Part shown: positions 37,901 to 50,310 of the stretch, piece after piece
Layout of the letters: every line of letters starts with the position of its first letter
Position numbering within the stretch: position 1 is the first letter of the stretch
Origin: Psammoneis japonica
Lineage: Eukaryota
NCBI GenBank assembly: GCA_008632985.1
Contig: QPGO01000320.1
Location: forward strand, 1 to 55,866
Reading direction: 5' to 3'
Length of the DNA: 55,866 nucleotides
Made by a program: the position numbers and the translations under genes
The notes under the pieces: model-generated
Seen by the model: only the letters and a program-made list of their open reading frames with translations
Databases searched by the model: none
Told to the model about the DNA's origin: nothing

Positions 37901-40900
37901 GGTTGCAAAGTAGCAAGGAATGAGCTTGGCACTGTCCAAGCTAAGATCATGCCTGATGGTGTGCAGATTCATCCAGACGATTGAAATTGTGTTTTTTGTG
38001 GATGCACCAAGACCGGAGCCCTGTGTTTTTTCATCCTGGACAAGTTGGGGAATGTCGTTTCTGTCAAGTTCATTGCCAACAGCCGGAAATGCGCGGGTGA
38101 ACATTTTGACCAGCATCTGATGTTACCACCGTTGAAGACAATGATGCTGAAGCACGTCACAGCCATAAATTGTGCATGCAAGGAGTTCTCTTTGTTGTGC
38201 AAGTGTCCTCACAGTCCACCAAAAGATTTGAACCACCGCCATCCCTAGAACATGTTTCTCGATGATCATTGCCCACACAAGGAAAAGGCACTCGACAAGG
38301 CTCTGGTTCGATTGTCATGGACAGGTTGGAGTTTCCCACCTCCTGCATTCAGGATTTGTGGTTGTCAATGGGGATCACTGTCCTGTTCCGACTCCGAGAT
38401 GTGCTCGCAATCCACAAGGTTGTCAAGATGGCTGTCATGGCTTCTTGTCAGACTGGATTCCACTGGTTCTTCCACATTGGCATGGAGCACAGGGATGAGT
38501 TGACTGAACCCAGTTCCAATCCTGCACTTGTCTGCTGTCAACCAGCCATGAAGCTGTTTGGCACTGCCCAGCGGCTGTAATTCTGTTGAGACCTGCTGCA
38601 AAGATTCCTCTGCGACTGGCCACAAGAGGAAATCCGATGAATCCACCTGCACAAGAAGCAACCGGAAGCGCACCTGCCAGGTCTCTTTGTCCAACTTGGA
38701 GAAAGAAATTCTCCCCGATGATGCTGACATTGAAGACATTCTTGGTGCAGGAGAATCCTCCGACGACAACGCTGAAACAGACATTGAGGGAGAGGGCGAT
38801 CTCCGGCTCAATTGCCTCGAGATGTCGGGTGTTGTGGATGAAATGGTGGTGGTGATTCTTGATTTGTTGAAATGGATTGACAATCACACCGGCTCACAGG
38901 ATTTCCACCATGCCATGCTGGAGATGCGTTTCTGGCTGGCAATCGAGAAATTCCTGAGAGGAACCAACATCAACAAGTTTTGTTTAATGTTGGTCGTCCA
39001 AATGCTAGTCAGCACAGGAATCATTGTTCATCCCCACCCTGATTTGAGAAATCTTGTTTATCCTGCATCCAAACTTGGCATTGCAAAGACATTCTCGTTT
39101 TGGAATCATGTCCATGTGCTGCATTGTTGTGGGTGTCCCACAGCTCCCACCATTGCAACCACACATGACTGCCAATCATTGCCGCCCAATCTAATCTTTT
39201 GTCTTTATCGGACAAGAAACAATGCAAGCCAGAGGACAACAAATGTGACATTTGTGCCTCACTCCACAAAGAAGAAAAGCACCTGCTGAAGACATGGCGC
39301 CAGCCAATTTCATCTTGAGATCGAAAAACATCTGTGACACTGTGGTGAACGTGGTTAGAATAAAGCAAGTCTTCATGAAACCAACCTTCCAAGGCACACA
39401 ACAACAGGTCTCGCATGGACGGGCGGGAAGTGTGAATGTCATCACATTTCTTCCACAAGCCTTGGAGGAACACAGGCCACCACAATTCATTGTGATCGCC
39501 ATGCAGGACATGGTCCCCATCTTCAAGGGGGTGTTGGCAATGTGTGCAGCAGTCGGGGCATGCAGGATTATGTCTGTGGACAATCTCATTTGTCGGCAGC
39601 AAGTCTTTGACTAATTTCATGGTGCTCACCTTTCATCAAACATTGCGAGACATCAGTTTGGAGTGCACTCTCCAATTAATGGAATTGTGCACTGAGTCTG
39701 ACCATCCACATTTCTCCTTCATGCATTGCACCAAGGCGGGACTGGACGCTTCACAACAAAGAATGGATTTAAACTTCGAATTCACCAACAACGCCTGGAC
39801 GTTTAGCAATGCAGAGCAGTGGGGCATGCAGGGGGCCACCAAGGCATCACCAGTGCACTGACCCTGAAACAAACCTGCCAATTTGTTGGCTCTGACGTTC
39901 AACTTGGCTGGAAACGGGAGGGACTCACATGGAGCATTGTCATCCTGATGACTTTTAATCCACTTCATGTCAACAACGTTGCCTGCTGAGTGTCCATTGA
40001 ATTGGGCCTCCAAACTCTTTAATGAAACAAAGATCTCATGGATGACATCCCAATCCGGCACTAACGTGTTAGCGATGTGGTGCCTTGAGTGACAGTCTTG
40101 TTGCAGCTGAGATTCATCCCCACTTCCAATGGGAGCGGTGGGGGGGAGTGAAAGTTGGCAACGTTGCGCACCAGAGAAGAATTGTCACAGCAAGCGTCCA
40201 CGCCATGAGAAAGAAAGCAATTGCAAAATTCCAGCACTCAAATGAGAAAGCGCAAGATGGATGAGAAGCCACATGCTTCAGCTCGGCATGAGGACAGTCA
40301 AAATCCAAAGACCGGTCCAGCACAATCAACAAGAATCACGCCATTAACCTCTAGCATCCAACCAAAGGTGCCACCAAAATGCAACACAGAGACATCACTT
40401 CCAACCTCTGCTCAAAAATGCTGAAGGGAATCTGCTGTTTTGAACACTGATGCATGCATGGTGAGGTCATTGAACAGGGTAGACTCCCACAGTGACAAGG
40501 ACCGCAGCCATTCACAGAAATCCCCGTGGACGGGAATTGTTGCAGGTGTCGCCACTGGGGACACAGTGGAGCGTAACTGACATCTGCCATCTAAAGTCAC
40601 ACCCACCATCACAGGAGATGCCAATGGAGATAGATCTGGAACCGTTTCTAACTGATGTAGAGTTTCAGCGCAAGCATCCTTGATGGGAAACACTTGACAA
40701 CCCTCATCAGATCGGACATGCAGGAACTCTTTGATGCAAGTGCCACATCCACAATGTGTTGATCATTCTCTCATTGTGCAGGAAGGATGCCAGTGAAATC
40801 CAATTCAAAGTGTGAGCCAATTCGAGCAAGAAAGGATCTCATTGACACAAACCACTTGGACTCAGAGTGTGGGAGTTTAGTGTGAACATCCATCAGAAAA

Positions 40901-43900
40901 CTGGACCTCGTTCCAAGCTGGAATTGCATCCACATGCAACTGCAATGTGGGACAAGGTATGAGGTTGACCTGTGCCTCGCCAGTGTCAGAGGAACTGCAA
41001 ACATTGAGCAATGCCCTGCTCCACATCAAGAGACCAGAAACCACCACCTCCTGGGGTGTGCGGGCTACACAGAACATCCCGCTTGGTGTTGCGGTTATAT
41101 CCGCACTTTGCAAAAACAGTTTGCATTGCCTTTCGTTGAATCTTGAGTAATTCCTTTGGGTGGAAATGGGTGTTCAGAAGGACACAAGCAGTGGAGGCCA
41201 AGCAGCAAGCAAAGCAGTGATCCATGCCTCATGACGGTCCAATGGGCACGACTGGAGAAACAGTGAAATGTCATCACTTTTCGTTTTTAGTGCCTTGCAC
41301 TGAGTCTTTTGAGTGCCTGCTGGAGACTTGTAAAATGGCCCAAAGTCTTGTGTGAGGAACATGCTGAGAGTTGTGTGCTGGATCTTTTGGTGGATCTATC
41401 GGCAGAGTGTGTTTCAACATCCATCTTGTCATTGTACACTCGAAGGCATGGCTCGCCATCTTCAGTAAAAAGCCATTCAATGGCGTGAAACGAGCACTTT
41501 GGAAGCTCAAGCTTGTGTCCTGCCATGTCCAGGAGGTTGCACCACAACTGACTGTCTTCCTGCATTCAAGGGACTGGGTCCAGTGCATGTGGTTGGGGAT
41601 CAGCACAGAAGGCGTTGACCTGATTTGAAGTGTCATCATCAGAGGCCCGTAGAAAAGGCCTTCAGTCACAAGTCATTGAACCCCACCATCTCATGGCATG
41701 CACGCGTGCACCCAGATTGGTGGATCCCACTCCAGATTAAAATTGACATTTGCTTGTTGGAAAGACAACATTTTCATTCATTTTTAATTTGTAGATTAGA
41801 GTGTCAGGCATTTGTTGTGCCACAACACATTTTATTTAATTGACATTTGTTGACTTGTGTGCCAAAATGCCAAGTCACACAGCACTGTCATTCCCTCAAC
41901 TGAGGACAATTGCATTTCGTTCCAGCTGAAAAATGTTCATTTTCATGTTGAACAAGGCCTTTTTGCCAAAATTTCTGCATCTCCGTCCTCATGATGGATG
42001 TTGACAATTCTGCAAAAATTTCCACCCTTTTCTGCTCTCCCCCAAAACCCCCTCCTCTCCACCGAATCACAATCTTTCATTTGCGCCGTTCCCCCGAGCG
42101 ATCCTGTTTGGGGCATTTGTCCCTTCTGCTTGTGATCTGCGGGTCCAATCCCCTGTGGTTTTGGTGAATCTGTGCAGAACCGCAAAAGCAGCATGACGAC
42201 AAGTCCGTGGTTTCTACGTCCTCTGTTCATGCCGCGATGGCCCATGGCGGTTTTCCTCTCCTGCTGTTGCGACCATGCCCCATCTCAAAGTCACGCCCAA
42301 GCAAAAGCAATGTGTCTCTTCTAGCTCTGAATCATTCGGGGATGCCACCAAATGCAAAACTCGCCCATCGCACCGCTTTGTCACATCTCCAGACCACCAT
42401 GGCTTGCTCAATGACATTTTTTTGACATCATCCAATGTGGCAGCAAACCTCTCTGATGACGTCAATCTTAGCTCTGACGACTGCTCCAGTGGCAACAACT
42501 TGTCTGCTCAAGGCAATGATCACGCCAGCACACCGTCTGCATCCGGAGACCTTGACGGTTGTGCCAGTGATCTTTCTTTTCCCAATGAAGACGATGGGGA
42601 TGCCGATTCTTTAGATGGAAGCAATGTTTCTGTTCTTGACCACCATGCCAAAGTGCGCACAAATGGTGTTGTCTGCACCCACATGATGAAGTCCCAATTT
42701 AAAAAAAATCATTGAGATGCAGAACCGCTGCCAGAAGTTCATCAAGACTCACAAATGGACACCCTCCGCTGATCTCATTGCCCTGCCCTTCGTTTGTTAT
42801 AACCACCAGAATCGAGCCTCCCATTTCTTCATGGAAGTGTTGATGGTCAATGATGCAGTTGCCCATTCTCTTGGCTGTAAAGACGGCTTTCATTATGTAA
42901 AAAGTCGTGGCTGGATTTGTTTTCATCGTAAAGATGGGAGGTGTGTTCTGGAGTGCCACAAGCTGGCCGAAACCTTTTCCAATCTTTCCCGATTCAGCAA
43001 ACATCTCCGTGCAATCATTGACGATTTATGAGAGATGACAGTGAGCGAACAAATTGGCAACGACCCATGCTTCCTTCAGCTCCACAGCTTCAGATCCAAA
43101 CTGGATTTTTTTGCGCAATGCCTGAGCATCACTGCCACCATAACGCAATGTTGCTTTCTCCCTCACGTCAATGAAGAGTTCGGTGATTTTCGATGCTGGT
43201 CGACCATTGTTTTTTCCAGCTGCGAAAAGAGGAAACAGTTTGTTCTGTTTTGCAATGATGTTTTGACCCTGATGAACATGGAACAGAAGTTGAAGGATGG
43301 GAAGGTCACCAAGAAGATCCTCACCGATCATCTGGAATGTGTCAAGGCTTACGTTGACACTCATGCCACGGCAAAAGGCATGGCACAAAAATGCCAAGAG
43401 TTGGTTGAGCATGAGCTCCATTCCACCTTCAAGCATTCCTGCAAGGACACGAATCATCTCAAGTTCCACAACCTGGTAATTGTGCGATCACGTGTCCACG
43501 ATCTCATGCATCCACACCTTTCCCGTGCGGCCAAGGCAAAGTTTGTTTCTTCCACCACGAGGAGGAAGAAGAGCAAGGAGTCCTCCAGTGTGTTTGCTGG
43601 TTCTCCAGCACCTCCGCCCACTTCATCCAAGAAAGAAACCAACCGGAATCCTGTTGCTCATCCAAACGGCACCATGGCCGATGCCCCACCATCCGCCAAT
43701 CGCTCCATGAGTGCACTCACCTCCCAGTTGCAACTTTCAGCTGACAACAAAGTTGAGGCATTGTCAGACAGAGAGTCGTCGTTGTCGGGTGAATCATCGA
43801 CTGAAGACCACCCCATCCAGAATGTTCCCGATGCCGGTGCTGTGGGTCCATCCATGGGAGGAGTCACTTCTTCAGCAGCTCCATCGAAGCCAAGCACATC

Positions 43901-45883
43901 GGCCAGCACTACAACTTCCTTGTCAATCGAAGATCGGTTCCCCGGTGGTCATTGTTGCTGCTTTGCATCCCTTTCTGATGTCTCTGGGTGTGCTCCTCGT
44001 GTTTGCACTTTTTATGATCCAGACGACCATGACGATGACAACGAGCAATCTGCCAATCGTGAGTTTTAAACCTGCATCATTCTCCAGTGGACTGTTGCTT
44101 GCTTGACGATCTACAACATCATCTCCATTCCTTTGTGACGACGCAACCACTTCCTTCTGCCACAAATCATGACCGGGAGCTGGTGGTTGTCCCACCCAGA
44201 GCTCAACGTGTTCAGGATGACGCTGCCATTTTGTGCTCGTCCTCCCGTCTTTGGCAGAAACACTTTGGATCTCTCCAAGTTGATGTCGGCATGATTGCCT
44301 GTTTTGTGCTTGAACACGGCTGTTCCAATCCCAATCGTGATGGGAAGATCATGCGCTGCAAGAAAAACAACAAAGATCGGTCCAAGCAGCCAGACAAATG
44401 GGACCGGATCGATTTTGGCTGCAGTGGTCAGTCTCACGATGTGCTCGAGAACGGCGAGAAAGTCCCATCACTGCAAGTCGGTTTTGGAATTTTCGAGAAA
44501 GAAAAAAACGTCGTCATCCGCAATCAGATCAAGTCCATGCTTGCGGATGCACACGATTCCATGCAGAGGTGCCATGATGAGCTAGAGACGGAGTGCTTTG
44601 GCAATCCTCAACCCTGCAACAACACCGCAAGAACTGCAATGCATGGGGCCGCACTTCACACTGGGCTGGGTTGCAAAGTAGCAAGGAATGAGCTTGGCAC
44701 TGTCCAAGCTAAGATCATGCCTGATGGTGTGCAGATTCATCCAGACGATTGAAATTGTGTTTTTTGTGGATGCACCAAGACCAAAGCCCTGTGTTTTTTC
44801 ATCCTGGACAAGTTGGGGAATGTCGTTTCTGTCAAGTTCATTGCCAACAGCCGGAAACGCGCGGGTGAACATTTTGACCAGCATCTGATGTTACCACCAT
44901 TGAAGACAATGATGCTGAAGCACGTCACAGCCATAAATTGTGCATGCAGGGAGTTGTCTTTGTTGTACAAGGGTCCTCATGGTCCACCAAAAGATTTGAA
45001 CCACCGCCATCCCGAGAACATGTTTCTCGATGATCATTGCCCCACATGAGGAAAAGGCACTCGACAAGGCTGGTTCGATTGTCATGGACAGGTTGGAGTT
45101 TCCCACCTCCTGCATTCGGGATTTGTGGTTGTCAATGGGGATCACCATCCTGTTCCGACTCCGAGATGTGCTCGTAATCCACAAGGTTGTCAAGATGGCT
45201 GTCATGGCTTCTTGTCAGACTGGATTCCACTGGTTCTTCCACATTGGCATGGAGCACAGGGACGAGTTGACTGAACCCAGTTCCAATCCTGCACTTGTCT
45301 GCTGTCAACTAGCCATGAAGCTGTTTGGCACTGCCGCCGGAGATGCAGGAGTTGCTCCACACTGTCTGAACCCCAGCGGCTGTAATTCTGTTGAGACCTG
45401 CTGCAAAGATTCCTCTGCCACTGGCCGCAAGAGGAAATCCGATGAATCCACCTGCACAAGAAGCAACCGGAAGCGCACCTGCCAGGTCTCTTTGTCCAAC
45501 TTGGAGAAAGAAATTCTCCCCGATGATGCTGACATTGAAGACATTCTTGGTGCAGGAGAATCCTCCGACGACAACGCTGAAACAGACATTGAGGGAGAGG
45601 GTGATCTCCGGCTCAATCGCCTCGAGATGTCGGGTGTTGTGGATGAAATGGTGGTGGTGATTCTTGATTTGTTGAAATGGATTGACAATCACACCGGCTC
45701 ACCGGATTTCCACCATGCCATGCTGGAGATGCGTTTCCGGCTGGCAATCGAGAAATTCCTGAGAGGAACCAACATCAACAAGTTTTGTTTAATGTTGGTC
45801 GTCCAAATGCTAGTCGGCACAGGAATCATTGTTCATCCCCACCCTGATTTGAGAAATCTTGTTCACCCTACATCCAAACTTGG
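32304..45883. repeat. ~6.8 kb tandem segmental duplication (unit 1 ~32304-39078, unit 2 ~39077-45883)
   Basis: Continuous colinearity. The junction aaacttgg|cattgcaaagac at ~39077 joins the end of the unit (cf. 45876 aaacttggtgc) to its start (cf. 32301 cccggtgttgcgaagac). Unit 1 has a ~38-bp deletion at ~38566. Confidence 0.95.
39079..41670 (-). mobile_element. Duplicated copy of the Ambal-like fragment
   Basis: Colinear, high-identity copy of ~32306-34905. Confidence 0.9.
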
Positions 45884-47890
45884 TGCTGTGAAGCAGTTAG
45901 AGCACTTGGACCCCAACGATGGTGCAGCATGTGCTGACTCGACAATGGTCGAACATGGAATAGAGCATCACGGTGGCTCCAGCGGGGGAATGTGTCCTCT
46001 GTGATTTGTGTGCTCCAAATCATGTTGAAGGCATCATTGGAGAGCATTGTGCTCGTGGTCAGCATGTTTTCATGCTCATTGGAGAGGACACTGCCCCTGG
46101 TGTGAAGCGATGTGGCACTGGACATTGGGGTGCTGTTCCCATCATGACAGAGGGGTAAGTTTCAACACCAAACTGTGCTTTGCATTGGATGTTTTCTAAT
46201 TGCCACTCTTGTTCTTCTACTTTGAAAGAACTAGAGTGCCAGGGGAAGACCTGGGTGATTTGGAAAATCAAGATGCAGCAGCAGAGGAAGAAGAATTTTC
46301 TCAATCCCCAAATGATTTTGGCTCAGATGTTAACAAGTTGGCAGCACAACAAGAATTGAGTCATCCCAAGGACGAGAGAGGCATCCCTCCCAATGGCACC
46401 ACCAAACACTGTGACTCTGAATCACCGGACTTTGACGACATGAGGGAATCACCTCAAGAGAGCCCGGATCTCTCATTGCAACTGAAGAAAACAAAGGTGT
46501 TGTTTTTGTGCATGACACAGATGAACAACATTGATTCTCTGTCATTCACAAATCTGCTTGACGACATCAACGACAACTTGTTCAGTGGAAATTCCAAACT
46601 GAGATCCGACGTGACAAGGATGCTTGCCTGTCGTGACATGGTGCTTGATGTAACCAACCGCACCATTGATTGTGAATTTTACACAGCTTCTCCAAGCGAT
46701 GGTCACAACGCCCATCACCTCAACTGCAATGTGTGCAGTCCTGCATTTTGCAACAAGGTCATCACAAAGTTCGGAAGTGACTTTGAGGAAATCAACTTGG
46801 ATCACTTTTGGTTACAAAAGGGTTGGTTGAGCGACAGATTCAACCCAAGCTTCTTCTTCAGCAGGAAGTTGCCTGAACTGTCAAAATGGATGAAAGTTGG
46901 TGGTGCCATCAGCATCCCTTTTAACATTGAGACATTTCTTTCCTGTGTCTTGCAGGAGGAGTCCATTGTTGAAATGTGCCATGCCCTTTTTCCGGAGGAT
47001 GTGCGCGTCCCATTGCACAAACCACACTGTTGCAGTTATTTCGATGATGAACAGTGCAAACAAAAGCTGAATCTAGATCATGCACACCAGGTGAACAAAT
47101 GCCCAACCGGTGTTACGAGCAGCAAAGCTGGCCAGTCGGTTCGGGAACCTTTTCGCCTTCAAGCCGAAGAGGTTTGGAAGCGGTTGAGCAACAAAAACCA
47201 CCGTGTTGATCTTTGCAAATGGATTCACCTGGTGAAAAAGTAAGAAGACACGATGATGTGGTGTCCAGCCCATCCAGGAACATTCACGCCAATGGTGCCA
47301 CTTCAGCTGGCATTCGTTGGACACAGAAATGGCAAAACATGTTGAGATGGCAATCGCAGTGAAAGTCTGAAAGACCGTCGGATGTAAAAACACATAAGGC
47401 GATGAGCCAGTTCCTCACAAAGAGCAGCTCCCAGCCAATGATTGAGCCATGTTGATGCATGTCGAGTCAAACGATCGTCCCGTTAAGATGCCTCATCAAG
47501 TCGCGGTCACAGCTTTTTGCAGGTGGAGAACAGACGTGTCGCGGGGCATGCAAATGCACATCTGTGTTGTCAAAGGCTTCCAACAAGACAGACGGAAGAT
47601 GAGGCAGGAGATCATGCCTTCGTCCATCCAGAGTCAAGTCCAAATTTATGTTGAAGTCGTGCAACCAAAATTCCATTGCGCAATGATCGTTTCCACGCTC
47701 CTCATCACAGAAGATGCAAGTGTTGGGAACCCAATCTTGAAAATGTGTTTCTCTAATGTGTCTCTGAGCAGGGGTAATGTCATTGCCGCCCCGTCTCTTT
47801 GTGGGCACAATGTGATGACTGCGCATGGACAGGAAGTGTCGGAACCTTGCATGTTGATGAAAATGTCTCCTGTTTGTGTCGATGCTCTTG
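41675..47890 (+). mobile_element. Unclassified decayed multi-gene element (partial copy at ~34910-39078)
   Basis: AT-rich terminus-like region (41720-42080), then a long frameshifted plus-strand ORF (~42230-46158), ORF 46200-47243 and a minus-strand ORF remnant (47250-47890). It carries the same Tyr-to-Cys/His decay as the TEs. No transposase recognised. Confidence 0.5.
46200..47243 (+). pseudogene. Rossmann-fold methyltransferase-like ORF (tentative)
   Basis: KVLFLCM (strand 1-like), HHLNCNV, FEEINLDHFW (motif-IV-like, probably ancestral LDYFW), LPELSKWMKVGGAISIPF (LxxxLkpGGxxxx pattern). Confidence 0.35.
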
Positions 47891-49425
47891 CAGAACTCCA
47901 CGTCCTGCAGTCGAACATAACGAGTTGATTCGAATTCTCCTGCTGTTGTCCTAAACTTTGCATGAATTGGTCCTGTCTCTTCCAATGCTGGAACCGCTCC
48001 AACTGGCAACACCCGAGCATGAATCATTGAATGGGTTCCACCGGAATCAAGTAACACCCGCATCACGCGCTTGCTTTCCTTATCTTGAATGAATCGCGCC
48101 GCGAATGAGGTTGTAGGGACCACACTTAATGGTTTCATTGGTTTTGTTTTTGGGGTTGGTACAGCGCACTCAATTCCCACATCATCTTCGTCATTCACAG
48201 CATAATTTCCGAAATCGTCATCATCAAATAAATCAGCAGCGTGTGCACAATAATCATCAATGCAATCAGTGCAATCATCAAACATATAAAAATCAGGAGC
48301 GACACACTCGGACGACAGCTCTTCAAGCTCATTGGGTCAGTGTCGACCGCGTCCCGAGAAGTGACCACCAGGTTGAAAACTTCCCGTTCCACCTCGATTC
48401 TCTTAAGGCCCTCCCATCGAATCAAGATGATGGCTTTCAGCAGACCAATCATTGGGAGGAGCCGTTCTGGCCGGATTACCGTAACCGCCGCCATCTGCAT
48501 TGGTTCGGGTGTCGTTTTGACATTGCATGTAAGAGCCACCATCATCATGATGCTCGCCGCCATTGCCGCCAGAGTTATAGTTTCCGCGACCACCGTAGTT
48601 TCCTCGGCCACCACCACGACCTTGACAGCCACGGCCTTGCCAACCATGACCTTGCGCTCCGCCATAACCATGACCTCCACCTCGACCGCCACCTCGACCG
48701 CCACGGCCACCATGTCCGCGACCTCCGCGATCAGTTCTTGGACGGCAGTTGTTAGAGTCGGGATTCATGACGCAATCTTTCCACTTGTGATTGTGAGCAT
48801 GCAAAGGACATTGAGATTCTGGGTCAATACGATTGCCTTTCTTCTTGGCAGAGCCGCCACCTTTCGACTGTCCGTCTTTGTGCTTCTTCGAAGTCTTCTT
48901 GTTCCTGTCTGCAAATGATTTCTCCGTGCTCATGTACGTTACAATTTCCGCTAGCGCATCATTTCCAATCATGCGTCCTGCTCTTGCACACATCTCGCGC
49001 CACGACAAAGGGAAGCTATCAAAGATCATCTTCTTCTTTTGGTTCTGAGTGATAACTGGATTATTTCCCGGCAACTTGTTCGTGTATCACACCAAGGTCT
49101 CCATTCGATCCGCATGTGCCTGTACTTCAACATCATGTGGTTTTTTAAGAGAGAGCAAGTATTCAATCATCGTGTCACGCGCTTCAGTTTCACAACATGA
49201 CAAATAAAAATGAGCCAATTCTTGGTCAAAACAAGCCACCATCTTTTGCGCATTCGGAATCGCCATGGTGAGATTGGACCATTTATCTTCAGCGGCATCT
49301 GTCAACACTTCCTCGAAATTATCAAATAGTTCTTCGCCTGTAGTGAATTCAAGTTTTGCAGCCTTCGCTCTCAACATTCTTTTCTCTTGTTTCGTAAGCC
49401 TGTTAGTTGTGTCGTTGTTTCTCAT
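47890..49425 (-). mobile_element. Truncated Ty3/Gypsy retrotransposon (gag + aspartic protease)
   Basis: gag with FDNFEEVL...KKPHDVEV...ETLV*YTNKLPG...FDSFPLSW, knuckle CPLHAHNHKWKDC and a Gly/Arg-rich tail. Protease MRVLLDSGGTHSMIH...FRTTAGEF. RT and integrase are absent. Confidence 0.8.
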
Positions 49426-49444
49426 TCAGCTCTTTACAATCGAC

Positions 49445-49813
49445 TGTAATTACAGTGCAAGCTCAAGCTGAAACTGATGTCAAAACAAAGAAGTGAGTAG
49501 ACCGAAGAGAGGGGAGCCTAAGCGTTAGCGAACGCTGGCGAGCCTCTCTCAAACGGCTACGTTAATCTAATATTCAAAATTAATACTATATGTCAGAAGC
49601 GTGCGAGTGAGTTGCTGCATACGGAACTGTGATAATGCCGGACATTTATGATGACTGGGTGTGTTACTCTGTAGACCTGGCACTTAACCTACTGACGTCT
49701 TGGCTACGTAATTTCTTGGTATAAAGAGGAAGCTCAGTGGTAGCGCGCTTCGCAGAAAATAAGAAGACTGCAGAGGCCTGGGGTTCGATTCTTATTTCTA
49801 ATCTCATGTTACA
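49445..49813 (-). repeat. Candidate LTR (TGTAA...TTACA)
   Basis: 369-bp segment with 5-bp terminal inverted ends, just upstream of the Gypsy gag. No PBS or TSD seen. Confidence 0.35.
49728..49793 (+). other. tRNA-like / Pol III A-box + B-box remnant
   Basis: AGCTCAGTGGTAGCGCG (D-arm/A box) and GAGGCCTGGGGTTCGATTC (T-arm/B box). No convincing acceptor stem or anticodon arm. Confidence 0.45.
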
Positions 49814-49889
49814 TTTGCAGTGATCGGATTCGTTCCAAACTCACTTTTCGAAGCCAATGAGATTTTAACCTTGAACAGAAAGCTGGATG

Positions 49890-50310
49890 CAGCTTTTTAG
49901 AACCCAGTGCTGCACCCTGAAGCCACTGCAGAGCAATGTAAATGTGGGGTGGCTTGACCTCCATTCCTCCTTGTTTGTTCCCCCGTGACTTTGTCGAGAG
50001 AGGCACCAACACAGTGTTTCCCTGTGTTTTACAGTCATGTCACAAGGTGGCACAGTTCAATGGAATGCTGAGGCTCTGAGTGCAGCATCTAAAAACTCAA
50101 CACTGCACCCTGAAGCTGCTGCATCACAGCCACAAAAATGCAAAAAAGCTTGGCCTCTCCTCATTTTTTGCCGCCATGACTTTGTGGCGGGAGAGGTGCC
50201 GACACACCACGTTTCTCCACTTTTTTCAATCACATCACAAGGTGGCACAGTTCAACAGAATGCCAAATGCAGCATCTAAAAACTCAACACTGCACCCTGA
50301 AGCTGCTGGT
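49890..50310. repeat. Degenerate tandem repeat, ~190-bp period
   Basis: ctgcaccctgaagc recurs at ~49910, ~50103 and ~50290; tcacaaggtggcacagttcaa recurs at ~50040 and ~50236. Confidence 0.75.

Noticed and set aside
48129..48918. Long plus-strand Thr/Ala- or His-rich ORFs
   Set aside because: They are antisense shadows of the Gly/Arg-rich Gypsy gag tail.
1..49425. Alternative genetic code or RNA editing to explain Tyr-to-Cys/His
   Set aside because: The host genes use Tyr normally at conserved motifs (e.g. VNYFPSY), and the duplicated copies differ from each other at these sites. The changes are DNA-level mutations.
49728..49793. Functional tRNA gene
   Set aside because: The acceptor stem and anticodon arm cannot be folded convincingly, so it is kept only as a tRNA-like remnant.
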